Assembly: GCA_028534125.1 (NCBI GenBank)
Contig: CM052845.1
Coordinates: 24,180,001-24,244,000 of the forward strand
Origin: Lama glama
Taxonomy: Eukaryota
Direction: 5' to 3'
DNA: 64,000 nt
The notes beneath the pieces were generated by a model, which saw only the letters and a list, made by a program, of their open reading frames with translations, ran no database searches and was not told where the DNA came from. Positions 1-13,200 of the stretch are shown here, one piece after another. Positions within the stretch are counted from its first letter, which is position 1, and each line of letters begins with the position of its first letter. The position numbers and the translations under genes were made by a program.

Positions 1-90
1 CCAGTTCTGGAAGGTGCGTGAAGAGGAGTGAAGTCAAGGAGCACTTTCTGAAGGTCCTGCCTTGTGCCATAAACCAGGGGCTCGGAGCCA

Positions 91-174
91 GTCTACCAGG
101 CACTCCCAGGATCAGCCGGGATCTCCCAGGGTCTACCAGATTTACCCAGGATCTCCCAGGATCAGCCGGGATCC
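91..174. repeat. 10-bp minisatellite (about 8 units, ATCTCCCAGG-like) in MYOM2 intron 2
   Basis: gtctaccagg cactcccagg atcagccggg atctcccagg gtctaccaga tttacccagg atctcccagg atcagccggg. Confidence 0.85.
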
Positions 175-386
175 CGTGTGGCACTCCAACACAATCTGCT
201 GTGCAGCCGGCCCCGCCGTGTCCCCCTCTGGCGCTGGACACGGGCACTGGGGGCACCAGAATCCCTCCCTCCCCAGACCAGTCCGCCTCCAGGTCTCAGG
301 GCCTGGAGAAAGCTTCCTGCCATGAGTCAGATGAAGCTCGTAATCAAAAAAGCTTTGACAGGTCGAATCAGTGAAATCCAACTTAC

Positions 387-493
387 TTTTTCGCTGCATA
401 CTCATCCAGGAGGTACCTTGTTTGAATATTACGGTACGACTGGTCGAAGTGTTTGTGTCTCTTCTGGTAGAAAGGCAGGGTGACAAGGGACAT
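387..493 (-). CDS. MYOM2: Myomesin-2 (M-protein), first coding exon; the gene continues beyond the left edge of the window
   Basis: Reverse complement reads ATG TCC CTT GTC ACC CTG CCT TTC TAC..., giving MSLVTLPFYQKRHKHFDQSYRNIQTRYLLDEYAAK(K), which matches the MYOM2 N-terminus. The exon is 387-505 (12 nt of UTR), with acceptor ctctctgttcgcag and donor GTAAGT (381-386). It is not in the ORF track because it is short. Confidence 0.96.
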
Positions 494-624
494 CTTTGTG
501 TTCACCTGCGAACAGAGAGCCACAGCAGAGCTGAGGTCCTGAAAGTTCTAAAGCAGTCGGGCTCCTGCAGTGCCTAACGTGCTGCGTTGTTCCAAAGCCG
601 GAAATCAACTCCAAGTAATAAACC

Positions 625-1100
625 CTTTTACTGCTCGGCCATAAAAAGGAACGAAATAGTGGCATCTGCAGCAACATGGACGAACTTGGGGTTGCCATAC
701 TAAGTGAAGTAAGTGAGTCAGACATAGAAAGATAAATATTACATGGTATCACTGATGTGTGGAATCTTTACAAAATGATACAAGTGAGCTTATTTATAAA
801 ACAGAGAGTCTCAGACATAAAAAACAAACTTACGGTTACCAAAGGGGACAGGCAGGGGAGGGGTAAATTAGGAGTTTGGAGATTAACATACATAGTAAAA
901 CCGAGAACCAACGGGGTCCTACTGGACAGCACAGGGAACTACACCCAGTGTCTGGTAACAGCCTCCAATGGAAGTGACTCGATAAAGAACAGATGCGTGG
1001 ATACATACATGCACGTATAACTGAGTCACTTCGCTGCACTGACACACTGTAGATCAACAGTACTTCAAGTGAGAAAAGGAAAAAAATAAAAAATTTTAAA
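625..1100 (+). mobile_element. LINE-1 3' end fragment (cetartiodactyl type)
   Basis: Motifs gccataaaaaggaacgaaata, ctaagtgaagtaag, cagcacagggaactac, aactgagtcactt, followed by an A-rich tail. Confidence 0.85.
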
Positions 1101-4100
1101 AACCTTCTTGGCGGGGGAGGGAAGTAAAAGAAGGAGATGTGCGAGGAAATGATCTCGGGCACCTGTCCCATTCCCTGGGACCTGATCTCATTTCGCGTTT
1201 GCGTCCATCAAAATCAGAAGCTTGGGCTGCACGTCTCACTTCACTGTAAACTCAGCTGCCGTCTACAGAAGCCTGCGTGTGTTCACGGCACTGCGCACGG
1301 CCACACGTGAGATAAGGACAAAAATAAAACTCAGATTAGGGATGTAAACAAACCCTGAGGGCACAGGAGACGAGGAGATAAGGCTCCGCGAAGCGAGGAG
1401 GGAGCACGCAGGGCAGCGCGGGGCCGCGGGCCGCCCCGGAGGCCCTGAAGCAGGTGACGTGTTAGAACAGCCCTGACGTCTGGGGAGCTGACAGGGGAGA
1501 TGGCGGTGCGGGGAGGGCATCCCAGGAGGCAGGCAGGAGGCAGGAAAACACAGGATCTCAGGACACGAAAGAGGAGACGGGAGAAGCCACTCTGGAAAGA
1601 CCAGGACCACGGGTGGAGGGCTCGGCGTCTGCGGCAGGAGTCAGAGCCTCTCGCTGCTCCGGAGGGGGCTTGGAAGAGGAACGAGTCTCCAGGACCCTTC
1701 CAGACCCTCCCTTCTAAAAGCACATCTCACGGCTACTTGCAGATTCGCTGGGCTGGAAGGGCAGGAGTGGGGACTGAGCCCAGCATGGCAGCCTGGGGGA
1801 CGTGGGGAAGGGAGCGCTTTTCGGCTAAATTCTCCCCCAACGAGAAGTCACTGAGACCCGGCCAGCAGCCTGGGACGTGGGGGGGCCAGCGCGGGCGGGC
1901 GGAGGCCCTCTGCCGCACACGATCCCCCAGGGAAAGGAAACGCCAACTTCCTGGGCACCGGGCTCTTTCTGAAAAAGGCGTGCGGACAGCACCCCTAACT
2001 CTCTGTGAGCGTTAGCCTCCCAAAGGCAGGGGCTCGAGAGCCCCTCCAGGCCTGAGCCCTGCGCACGCCACTTGTGTTTACACTGCAATAATCTGCCTGG
2101 TTTAAAGGAGGAACCCTCAGGAGGCCCCAGGGCACAGCCCAGGGGACAGAAGAATGGAAACCAGGAGCAGGAACGCCAGGCCGTGCCCTGAAATGGGTCG
2201 TTAAGTTCACTCTCCCCCCGCGCACACACCTCTAAGCGGATGGTGGAAAACTTACCGAAACACATAACCCATCCCAAGTCTGTGCCTCACAGTCAGTTTC
2301 CATCAGACGGTGATCCCCTAGGATCGCAGAGCTGTGGCACTTGGGAGGATCCTCAGTGTCCAAACCCCTGCTCTTCGGGGGAGGCTGGGCGGGGCAGGGG
2401 ACCCGGTGGCCACAGAGGAGAAATGGTCTCCCGAAAACGATATGGAAAGGGCTGGCCATCCACAGGTCATCAGACTCCTATTTCTGGGCATTTTACACTT
2501 TCCCACACTAACTCATCTCAAAAGTCCCTCTTAAAAACCAACTAGTCCACCAACCACCAGGAATCCACTAAGGGTCCAGCGTGTGTCCTATAGCACGTGG
2601 CATAAAACTGACTATAAATGTGCAGCAGAAAGCTGCACCTACTGGGACGCACACATCCCCTCCACCCTGCCTGTCCGACGGATGCGCCATGAGGCTGAGG
2701 TCAAGTGCACAGGCTGTGACATCTGACAGACCTACTGACTCCACACTTTGGTGTGACCTTGGGCTAACCTGTCGCACCTCTAACACAGGTAGTCTCCTGG
2801 ATCCACACAGTGCTTGGCACCGTGCTTCGTGGGGAGTAACCGCCAGAACCGGGGGGGCCCCACATGCTCTTGCTGTTTGCTGCTGCTGTTAAGCTGAATT
2901 CTGCAGGTAGGAGGAGGCATCCACAAGCATGTACTGATCACTCTAATATCTGCAACATCCCCAGCTGCAGCTCAGTGGGTCTGCTAACGAGTGACTCAAG
3001 GTGAATCATGAAGAAAAGCTTCTCGCTCATAACGGTACACATTCCATTTGCTGTCCCTGGAGTGCCTCCCTGTGCTGGGGAAAGCTCTCGGAGCGGGCGT
3101 GCTGGGGGCAGATGTCACCACTCTGAACCAGTTTTGTCTCCGAGACACCTTCTCCGAGGCACCTGCCCAAATGCAGGGAAAGTCAGCCACACCAGAATGC
3201 CCAGAGCAATCCCCGTGGCTGCCACTGCCCTGGTGTCCCTGCCCTGTCACAATATTTACCTACATCTGTGTTGTTACCCTTCAAATCTCTCTGCATTTCT
3301 TGGCAGAGGGCAGGGTCCAAGAGTGGCCTGGGTGACAGGAGAGGATAAGCTATCTTGACACATTTAAACTGTGGCAGCCAGCACCCCCAAAAGAGGCGGC
3401 CCCCACTTGACAAGATGCTGCTCTTGTTTTGAACGTGGAAGGGTTGGGAAAGGTCAGCGGTGCCCACAGCTGGTGACCGTGTACCTTTAACTGGTCTGCA
3501 CTGTGCAGTTCAGCGCTCCGTGCATGGGCCACACCCGGCGTGTCTAGGGGATGGTGTGACAGGAGCCTGTGTGACCTGCAAGTCCTCACACTTCCCGCTG
3601 GGAGCAGACACTTTGAACAGAGGAGGGACGTGGGCCAGAGTCAGGTGGACACGTTTCCGGGGCCCCCTGCTCCGAGGGCAGACTTACTGCTCCCACATCC
3701 CCTCAAGACAAGGTGGCAGCAAGCAGGCACTCGTCCCCCGGTGCTCGCTGTCACTGAAGGACAGTCATGGGGGGGCCAGCAACCCGGGGGCTTCAGGACT
3801 CTCCCCGTTGTTTGCCCTGCACACCTGGAGCACCTGCCGCATGCCCGCCAAGCCTGGACCAGGGAACCGTAGCATTTCAAGGACAGAAACATCTCAGACG
3901 CCTGCTCCTGGGATGGTAGCAAACCCCGTCTTCCGTGCCTCTGACCCCGCCCCGGGAGTGCCCGCAGGGCCACCACACAGCCCGAGCCCACGCCCAGGGC
4001 ACTCATTTGGGTTCTGCCCCCTGGACCTCGAATTCCAGGACATTCCCAGCTGTCCCTGACCCCGCCCGGGAGATCGCCTGCAGACGGGGGTGAGCACACC

Positions 4101-6368
4101 TCTTGGAAGCGAGCTGTCTGCAGGCTCAGCACAGGGTCCGAAGCTGCATCCTGAGGGTCGCCAGGCAACGTGAGGACCACAGAGAGAACGTGGCCAGCTG
4201 CGCTGGGGAGACACCACGACTAGAGGGCGGCAGCGGTGGTCTGCACGGTCTCCCCACACTTTCTCCTTCTCAGGGAAACGACCGCCCCCCCCCCGAGAGG
4301 CAAGGAGAACAGCCGTCCCCCAGCACGGGTTCTGGGGTGCACCCGGGGCGGGGTGCTGGGGCCTGGAGTCCTGTGCGGACCCCACCACCCACACAGCTCT
4401 TGGCTTCTGCTTGCTTTGTGGGGACTGAGGGCTGGAGGAGGTGACGGCTTTCAAGCACTCAAAGTGCCCAAACTCGAGACCGAGTCCAAAGCCACCGGAG
4501 GCAACACCCCTCTCTGAGCACCGATCGTCCTCAAATACCAAAGACGCGGAGTCGCCCGGGTCCACACACACGCGTTTTTGGTGCTTTCCACAGCTGTGAC
4601 TGAACTGACACACTCGAGATACCTCCTCCCATTCCCGACCTCCTCCTGCGAGGAAACTGAGTCTCAGGAGGTGACGAGAACCCCCCGGCCCGGTGCCCGG
4701 TGATGGAGCCAAGCTTCCATCCCAGCGTCTGACTGGGCACCGGCCCGCCTTCCACCCACGGACGCTCCTAACACGTTCGGGAATCATGAAACCGAAATGA
4801 AACGTGAGCCTGTCCTCAAGCTCAGGGGACTGGGCGCCGCTCACTGGCTTGGTCCCGGCCCTTCCTGCGAGCACTGCTGGGGCCCACCTCTCATGTCACC
4901 CAGGAGGGTGACATCTGTGCACACATTTCACTTAAAACACATTTACTTCCATTTAATAGAAGAAATTGGCATTTGTGCAGCTGAAGTTGTCCAAGTTCAC
5001 AAACACACCGCCCTCGAGCTCCCCTAGAGGAAGAGAAAGGACCGGTCCACACCCCCAAACCACTGTGCCCTCCGTTCCCGAGACGGCTTGAGTTGCTTTC
5101 CCCGAGAGTCTTCCAAACCCCTCAGCTCCAGAAGTAAATCTGACCGGACACAAAATAGTTCTTACACCGTCATCATCCGATGCGGCCTGACGTCTGATGT
5201 CCGGCAGCCAAACTCCCAAGTGTTCCCGCAAACCACCTTTCAGACCCAGGACTGAATGTCTTCGCAGTTTCTTCGGCTGCCTGTGCCTCCTCGCGGCTAC
5301 AGGCCTCTCCGGCTCCCAGGGAGCCTGTCCCTGCGGCCCCGCGGCGTAAGCAGGGTCAAAAATGTGCTGCTTCCTGGACAGGGGGACGTTCCAGCCGCTC
5401 AGCAAGCTTGTCACACATTGAGAGAACTCAAGACAAACCAAGTCACACACCTATTCCCTCCCCTAAAATTGTTCCCCCAGATTCTCCTCGTTTCTTAAAG
5501 AACAGGCACACGAGTGAAGGCGCTAGTTTCATGCAAAATCATCGCAAACATGATCCGGACTCGGGTATTAAATGACTCCTCTGAACGCTCTCTGCTCCAC
5601 GTGCTCTCCGACGCCCGTTCACCTCTGCTCCCAGAGAAAGGACCTTGGGATCAGGAGGCAGAGAAAGCCAAGCGTTTCCCCCCGTAAAGACCCCCCTCGT
5701 CTGCCTGCCGGGCCCTTCCAGGCCCCCTGAGGGCAGGCACCCAGCAACCCCACGGCCCTTCTCTGGGGCAGCTTTTCAGGAGCACGACCAGAGAAAGCTC
5801 AGGCTCTGTTAGGAGAACTGAGCCAGAAAATTCTGCAGGACCATAACGCATCCAGAGGCACAAAGGAGACACCGCGGTCTCGAGCTGAGACCCCTACAAG
5901 CACCGTGTTCTGCCCCGTCCCCTCCAGGCCACAGTCCAGGTCTAAGCTGAATAGCTCTGCTCTCTTCTTTCTCTTTCTTAAGAAATACCCGCGTTTATTT
6001 CACCCCATTTCAGACCTGCCCTCTCCTCACAGGGGCTCTCCTTCCTGAGATGTGTGAAAACTGCAGGCATCAATCAGCCAACCCGGGGACGCGCCGGAGG
6101 TGCTGCAGAACCCGGGGTTAAGACGCAGGTGCTGGGAAGAGGCCCCGAACCTCCCACAACAGAGAGTGTGCAGATCCAGACTGCGTCAGAGACACCCGGG
6201 GCTCCGACCTGACTGCCGGCTGACTTTTCCAGCACGGAGAGGATGGTGCTGTCCACTTTTCTTCACCCTGACATGGATCCATCTAGGAAATCTGAGTGCA
6301 ACCAGCTGGTGCACAGCTACCACTCCAACGCCTCGAATGAGAAAAGGAAAGAAGAGACGGAAACTTAC

Positions 6369-6450
6369 CCCGAGAGAAAGGAAAGAGGCAGAGAGGAGAG
6401 AGGCTCAGCCTGCAGGCTCCGGCCGAGGGAAGCAGAGAGCTTCTCGCTCC
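6369..6450 (-). other. MYOM2: MYOM2 non-coding exon 1 (5' boundary approximate)
   Basis: Donor GG|GTAAGT at 6363-6368 lies directly downstream (minus strand) of a CArG/TATA-like box and a MEF2 site, about 5.9 kb upstream of the first coding exon. Confidence 0.7.
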
Positions 6451-6469
6451 AAACGCCCGCCACTCCCTC

Positions 6470-6500
6470 CCTTTTATGGCCGAGGAAATGCTATTTATAG
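6470..6500 (-). promoter_or_regulatory. MYOM2 proximal promoter: CArG/TATA-like box plus MEF2 site
   Basis: CCTTTTATGG (6470-6479) is a perfect CC(A/T)6GG and reads CATAAAAG on the minus strand. CTATTTATAG (6491-6500) is a perfect MEF2 consensus. Confidence 0.8.
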
Positions 6501-7057
6501 ACGCCTGGGACGCCTGGCCCCACACTGATACCTGCGTCGTAAATCATGAGCCTGATCTTAGGAGGGAACAAGTCTAACTCCAGTTGGGAAAAATTGAAAC
6601 ATGGAAAGCGCCCTCCTGACTCACGAAGGGCGCTTTTCACGCCCAGGAAACTGAAGATGCAGCTACTGACCCCAGAGAAGAGGGCGGGGCTGGCAGCCCG
6701 CCCTCCCCACGCATCTTCACGCCACGCAGGAGTTCACAGACTCATTTTCAGTCCTTGGGAGCTAGTCTCCCTGGTCGCTAAACGGACACTCCCAGAGGGG
6801 TCCCTAGCCACCACTTGACTGCAATAAGCATGTTTACCATTTTGGCCGCAGCCCTGAACTCCAAGGGCACGGTTAGCCATGGATGGAGGATGAGGGACAG
6901 TGGCCTCTGTGGTTGTGAGTGTTTGGTTGTTTTTTGGTTTTGTTTTTGCTTTTTAATTTCAGAGACGACTGGAGCTCTGACTCTGTTTCATCCTGGGGTT
7001 CGTTTAGCCAGAACTCCTACCTAAAAGAGGACCTGTGCCTAGTCGGCAAGTTACATC

Positions 7058-7067
7058 TTATTTATAG
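7058..7067. promoter_or_regulatory. Second MEF2 consensus site upstream of MYOM2
   Basis: TTATTTATAG matches YTA(A/T)4TAR; an AT-rich CCAAATATAAATAAC element lies nearby at about 7144-7158. Confidence 0.45.
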
Positions 7068-7419
7068 TCATTACCACAGGCGTGCGCGGCATCCGAACCG
7101 CCCAGATGACTGCAGGCTGCCCGTGCTTTTGCACAGCATGTGTCCAAATATAAATAACATGCGACTGGCATGATCGATCTTGGCTGTCACCAGGCACCCA
7201 CTGCCCAAGGGCCCCGTCTCAGAGGCCAGGCCCAACCGTGGTCCCACCGGGAGCCGGGGGGCTTCCGCAGGCCGACTGCGGGGCTCTGTCTCCCCGTCTG
7301 TAAAGCACATGAGAGCAACTGGCTCTGAAGTTTGCTGCAGAAACTAGAGAGAAAAACATACGGGACGTGCCCAGGAGTCTGAAAAACAGGTCAGTGGACA
7401 AGATGAGAGTCACAAAGGC

Positions 7420-7780
7420 ACAGAGACATGGACACAACCCAGGTGCCCGTCAGCAGCTGACCGGCTTCAGAAGGTGTGGTGTAGACACATGCACTGTGGA
7501 ATATTACTCAGCCATGAAAAGGAATGGAATATTGTCATCTGCAGCTACATGGATGGACTGAGAGCCGTCACAGTAAGTGAAGCCAGCCAGCCAGAGAGAG
7601 GCAAATATCGCATGGCATCATGTATACGTAGAATCTAAACTATGATGCAATGACTCTATATAAAACAGAAAGAGACTCACAGACGCAGAAAACAATCTAT
7701 GGTCACCAAAGGGAAAGCTGGGGCAGGGATGAACTAAGAGTTCGGGATGAACAGACACACACCACTATGTAAGAGCAAGA
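7420..7780 (+). mobile_element. LINE-1 3' fragment
   Basis: ggaatattactcagccatgaaaaggaatggaata...catggatggact; ORF2 C-terminal remnant EYYSAMKRNGILSSAATWMD. Confidence 0.85.
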
Positions 7781-8289
7781 CACACTGAACCCCAATTTCT
7801 GAGTGTGTTTCCCTGACACACCTTCTCGTTTCTCCTGACGTCCCCAGCAACCCACCCACCAGACCACGGGCCGCTTCTCCCCAGGTCACGGCACAACCTC
7901 TGTGCTCAACAGAGGGGTGGGTCAGAGACGTGGAAACTCACTTCAGTAAACGTGACTGTGAATAGTGGCTCAGAACTGAAAAAACATCCAGGGTTGACAA
8001 AGCGAGGCTGTATTTAGCAATTCTTTACCTCCATTTATCGGATACGTTCACACATATCTACGTATATGTACTTTACATACATATACACTTTAAAATGTAC
8101 ACATGCTTTAATTAGCATCTATGGGACATCCACTATGTCCCCAGCTCTGCGCAGTGCGTGATACGTCAGGTGTCCCAGTGACTCTCACTTCTGTCCCTGA
8201 CGAAGGAGTTCTACCCCACAGACAAAACGAGACTGCGCCCAGCAGGACGGGGTTCTCGTCTGCAGCAACTGAAATCCAGACAAAATGCA

Positions 8290-8530
8290 AACAGAGAGAG
8301 ATGAGAAGGTGAAAGACGGACAGAGGATGCACAGAATAGCTAGGACAGACAGACCGACAGATCGATGGTGGATGACTGGTGATAGAGGACAGACAGACGG
8401 ACTGGCCGATACAGACAGGTAACTGACTGACTGATGACACCCACACTATTGAAAGATCGATCGATAGGTTGATGATAGATATTTGATAGACTGATTGCTG
8501 ATTGATAATAGATGGATGGATGGATGACGA
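8290..8530. repeat. Degenerate GACA/GATA/GATG tetranucleotide repeat
   Basis: Runs of gacagacagac, gatagat, gactgact and gatggatggatgga. Confidence 0.7.
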
Positions 8531-8559
8531 TCCATCACCAGCCAGGATTTGGGGCACCT

Positions 8560-8772
8560 TCACACCACCCTCTCCTCTGTCTCTGTGTCCTTTTCTGTCC
8601 CTATCAGGCACCCTCACTGGATCCAGGGTCCCCCAGACTCCAGTACGACCCCAGCACAATCCTAACTAATTACATCTGCTAAGACTCTGTTTCCAAATAA
8701 GGTCGCACTCGGAGGCTCCAGACGGACGTGAATGTTCCAGGGGCCAGAGCGGGAGGCGCTCTTCAACCCAAC
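8560..8772 (-). mobile_element. MLT1-family (ERVL-MaLR) LTR fragment
   Basis: ctaattacatctgctaagactctgtttccaaataaggtcgcactcggagg...ttcaacccaaca. Confidence 0.75.
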
Positions 8773-8849
8773 AGGAGACCAGCAAAATAAACAGTATGCA
8801 GAAGTCCCAGGTGTCCATGTCATGGGAGTTACAGGCACATTTTAAACTG

Positions 8850-8935
8850 CCCATGACTGGACTGGGACACTGTGCCGTACACCAGAAACTGACACACTGT
8901 AATAGTACTTCAGTTAAAAAAATAATAATAAAATA
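8850..8935 (+). mobile_element. Very short L1 3' tail
   Basis: actgggacactgtgccgtacaccagaaactgacacactgtaa...cttcagttaaaaaaataataataaaa. Confidence 0.7.
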
Positions 8936-9054
8936 CCCATAACTAATACGCTGAGGAAAAAAGGTTACAAGGTAGAGAATTTCATCAGAGAACTGAAATT
9001 TTATTTTTAAGGATAGCATAGATATTTTTGTAATTTATTCCTTACTTTAAAAAA

Positions 9055-10255
9055 AAAGATCTTTTTAGATCAGTTTCAGGATCACAGCAAAATGGAGTGG
9101 AAGGTACAGAGATTTCCCAGAAACTCTCTGCCCCCGACACGCACGGCCTCCCCCGTTACCGGCCTCCCCCGAGACGGTGCATTTGTCACAGTCACTCGAA
9201 GCCCACTTATAGCAGGGTCCCCTCTTGGTGATGTACTGCACGTGGATAACGATGTGCACCGGTCACTACAGTGTCACACAGAGTAGGTTCACTGATGACA
9301 GTGCCTCTGTATCCCGCCTGGTCCTCCCTCCCGTCCCAGCCCCTGAACTTACTGCCCCCAAAGCTCTACCTTTTCCAGAAGGTCCTGGAGTTGGAATCAT
9401 GCGGGTGACCTTTGCAGACTGCCTTCGTTCACTTAGGCACACTAATTTAAGGAGCCTCCTCGTCTTTTCATGACTTGAAGATTCATTTCTTCTTGGTGCT
9501 GAATCATATCACAGCTTATTTATCCATTCACCTGCTGACGGGCGTCTTAGCTGCTTCCAAGTTGGGCAATTATGAATAAAGCTGCTGTAAACACCTGTGT
9601 GCAGGTACTGAATGGACTTAAATCTTAACTTATGAGACTGGTCTTCCTGAGTTTTCCAGTTCATCCAGCGGGAGTGCAGGGTAAGAGTAAGCCCAGTTTT
9701 GTAAAAACCACCAAACCGTGGCTGCATGCCCGCTTCTGCCCCCGCCAGCAGTGACGAGAGCCCCGGCTGCTCCCCACCTCGCCGGCACCTGGTGTGTCAA
9801 GTCCGGACTCGGGCTGCTCTCACAGGTGTGCGGGGGTGCCTCGCAGCTTTAAGTTGCGTTTCCCTGGTGACACAGGATGTGAAGCCCCTTCTCAAATGCT
9901 GACTTGCCCTCTGTGTCTTCTCTGGTGAGGTGCCTTTTGTCAAGACCCTTTTTGAAGTGTCTTGAGCAGAAGTTCAAGTCTTCTGCCCAACTTTTAATCT
10001 AGTTTTTCATTTTCTTCTGTTGATGTGTGAGTCCTTTGCACGTTTTGGGTAACAGTCCTTTATCAGATGTGTCTTTTGCAGATATTTCTCCCAGCCTGTG
10101 ACTTGTCCGTTCATTGCCTTAACATCGTTCCACACAAAGCAGACGTTTTTAAATTACAAGAAGTCCCACCAATCAATTACTTCTTTCTTGGATCGTGTCT
10201 TTGTGCTGTACCTAAAAGTCATCGCCATACTCAAAAGCCGTCTAGATTTTCTCCT
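9055..10255 (-). mobile_element. Old L1M (L1MC-like) fragment
   Basis: cagtttcaggatcacagcaaaatggagtggaaggtacagagatttccc; ttatttatccattcacct; attatgaataaagctgctgtaaaca; cctttatcagatgtgtcttttgcagatatttctcccag. Confidence 0.85.
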
Positions 10256-13200
10256 GGAATTCATTTTTATAAAGAATGAAATGAAAATTCTGGAAGTGGG
10301 AAATCCAACTGAAGAGGGTAAGAACTTCGTGGGCGTTTTTAGCAGCACCCACTCTCTCTCCTTCTGCCCCTGAGGCCGACACGCCCTCCCGTGGAGTAAT
10401 CCCAGAGCAGGCGCAGGACTGGAGTGCGCTGCGAGCCCGTCGGCCAGGAAGGAAGCCCCACAGCCCCCGGGGCACCTGATGCGGCCCTCCGCAGGCCCTG
10501 ACTCAGGAACACACCGTGGCGACCCGACGGCACGCCGGCCCGGCTGCCCTGCACAAGCTCGAGGAGGGAGAAGGGGCTGAGCACGCTGAGAAAAGCGCCG
10601 AAGACGCTGAGAAGATCCAAGCCAAACTTCAGGATGTACCACTGGGTCCTCTCCCATCACTGGTCCAGCGTCTCCGAGCCTCCCCCAGCGTAGGAACGAC
10701 TCCGATCTCCGCCACACACTGCGCCCCAGCAGTGGCCTTGCCCCGCCGGCCTTCTGGTCTGTCGTGGTCACGTCCCGCTTGTCCACTTCCCACGGCCCTT
10801 TGGCTCCTTCCAATCTCCCTCCTGCCCCCTTCACCAGGACAACTTGAGGTCCCCATGACCCCACGTCACCACATCCAAGGGCATGTCTGCTCTCAGGCTG
10901 CGCGATCGCTCACCGCCGTCGGACCCGGCTGACCTCCCCCTTCCTGGAAAGTGCGTCCTCTGCCCCTGGGGTGCCACGCTCTCCCCGTCGTTTCCATGTC
11001 TCTGGATTTTTCTCTTCTCTGTCCTTGGCTGGCACCGCCTCCTACAGGCGCCATGAAATGTTGGAGCTCCCCCTCCCTGCATGGTTCACAGCCCCCTTCT
11101 CTTCCCACAACCTCATGCTAGCTGCGAGGCCCCATCCCGAAGCAGGTGCCCTCCTAGGGTAACCAAGCCCTTATGTCCAGCTGCTCCCCCACCTCCTTCT
11201 GAAGAGCAGACGGAACCTTAGACTCAACCGTCGAGGGCTAAACTCAGTCCCCACCCACTGCACCCACACTGGTCTCCGTGTCCAGGGTTCCCTGCCCCAC
11301 GCGCAGCACAAGGTGGACATCCAGGACGCCTCCCCCAGGCCCCACCTCCTTCCGAACAATCCTGCTGCTGACCCTCAGTCTGTCCACTTCCATGGCCACC
11401 ACCCCACTCACGCTGGGTGGACCTCTTGCCTGAACTATGACTGTCACCACACTCTGCACACACCCCCTGGTGCCTCCAGGGACCCCACTGTAAGCGAGAC
11501 CCCTTGTCTCCATCTGTCGCTGCACACTGCCAGTCGATGTCGCCCACCGGACAGGGAGCCAGGGTGCTCTGCTGACCGGGAAGTCCAAGGACCCAGCTCC
11601 AAACCCGGCACAAAAAGTACCAAACAAACTAGCTGATCTGCCTCCTTCCACACTAGCAAGAAACTGCACGGTGATCCCACTGGAATTCTTTCCAGTGTCA
11701 GTGCAACTGGGCCGCGGGCGTCTGGGCATTCCTCACCGTCTCTGTAATGGAGCCCGGAGTTTTTCCATATTTTGTAAGCCAAAACTCCTCCTAGGAAACC
11801 TGGCAACAGCTCTCGCCACGTACCCTGCAGGTGTCGTGTGTGTGTTCTGTGACCTCCAACGTCTTCCTGGAGGAGATGGGGGAGCTGGGGACCCCCGGGG
11901 TCTCTGGCTCACAAGGTCCATCTGGACCAGGTACAGGACAGGAATCGCTTAGCAGAGAGGAGACCCAACGAGACTCTGAGGACGCACGTTGGGGAGGAAA
12001 GGCCGAGACTGGGGCTGCTCACAGTGTAAAGGCGACCACAGGCTTCTCCGCCCTCATGAGAGCCACGACCATAACGTGGCCCTTAATGCAATATTGATGC
12101 TTGTGTTTAAGGCTATGGGAACTGCCCAGCTGACCACCAGAACGGGACACTGTAGGCCTTTCTTCTAAACCACCTGTCCCCTGCGCCCAAGGACTTGTGC
12201 AGGCAGACGGGGACTCGGTGTCCGCCTGCAGCTTCACGGTGACGGAACCGAGCCATGCCCATGCAACGAGCAGCATAAACCCATTCTCACTGTGCAAGTG
12301 CAGCTTCATCCTGTCGGTTCTGCCTACAGGTTTCTGCTCCCAGACATGGGCCTCCACCGATGCGACGTTTATCTCGACACTGTCATCAAACAGTCAGAAC
12401 CAGCCTGGAGGCGGTGAGACCTGGCCGGAGCGCCCTGAGCTGGTTCTCAAGGGCACTGGCTCCTGGCCTGGTTTTCCTGTTTGTTAATCTGTCCCTGAAG
12501 CCGCGCGGCCCGGGCAGATCCTCTCCCACCGCCCCGGCCTTGGCGGCCCCATTTGGAAAGTGAGATTAGGTGATCCTTGTTTAAGCCCCGATAGGCTATG
12601 GTTTCAATCCTGGATGACTGAGCAGGGAAGGGAGCGTTACCCCCACAGACAGGGTCGCCAGCTGCCTGGCTTGGAACGGGAGCCAGGGAACAGGGACACA
12701 GGGCAGTCACGCCAGGAGGATTCTGTTCTGAAAGCGCTTAATGGCATAAAGATTACCACCAACGCAGCCAAGCCACGCACTTAGAAGAACAGAGGTTGTA
12801 ACAGAATAAAAATGGGTGGAGGGTAAGAGCGGGTTCAGCAGGAGACAGACCACGCGGACCACGCAGCCCTGGGCTCTGGGGGGCGGCAGTGGATGTGGTG
12901 TGCAGACACAGGCAGGACAGAGGCCCACCCACCGAGGACCCTCAGAGCTGGACGGCACACTGGCAGGCGCCCCGCCCGGCCCCTTCCCTTCACCCAACAA
13001 TTGCGGAAATTGAGGCCCCAAAAAGTCTTTAAAAATCAGCAGGGTCACACGTCCTGCATGGGCTTGAACTAAAATTCAAGTATCTTTATCTTCAAGCCCT
13101 TGTGACTGAGCCTCCAGGGAAGGGCTGGTTCCCATAGCTGGAGTGTGAAGCCAGGTCAAGGTCAAGGTCATGGCCATGACCACAGTTCAGCACGTGACCT

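Noticed and set aside
142-577. ORFs 142-486 and 371-577
   Set aside because: Wrong frame or strand over the real MYOM2 exon.
10516-10932. ORF with a protein-like charged stretch (HKLEEGEGAEHAEKSAEDAEKIQAKLQD)
   Set aside because: GTG start, no recognisable homologue, splice signals or poly(A) tail; a BLASTX hit would reopen it.
11200-11640. Overlapping ORFs / possible L2 internal remnant
   Set aside because: Only vague L2-like similarity; cannot support either a gene or a repeat call.
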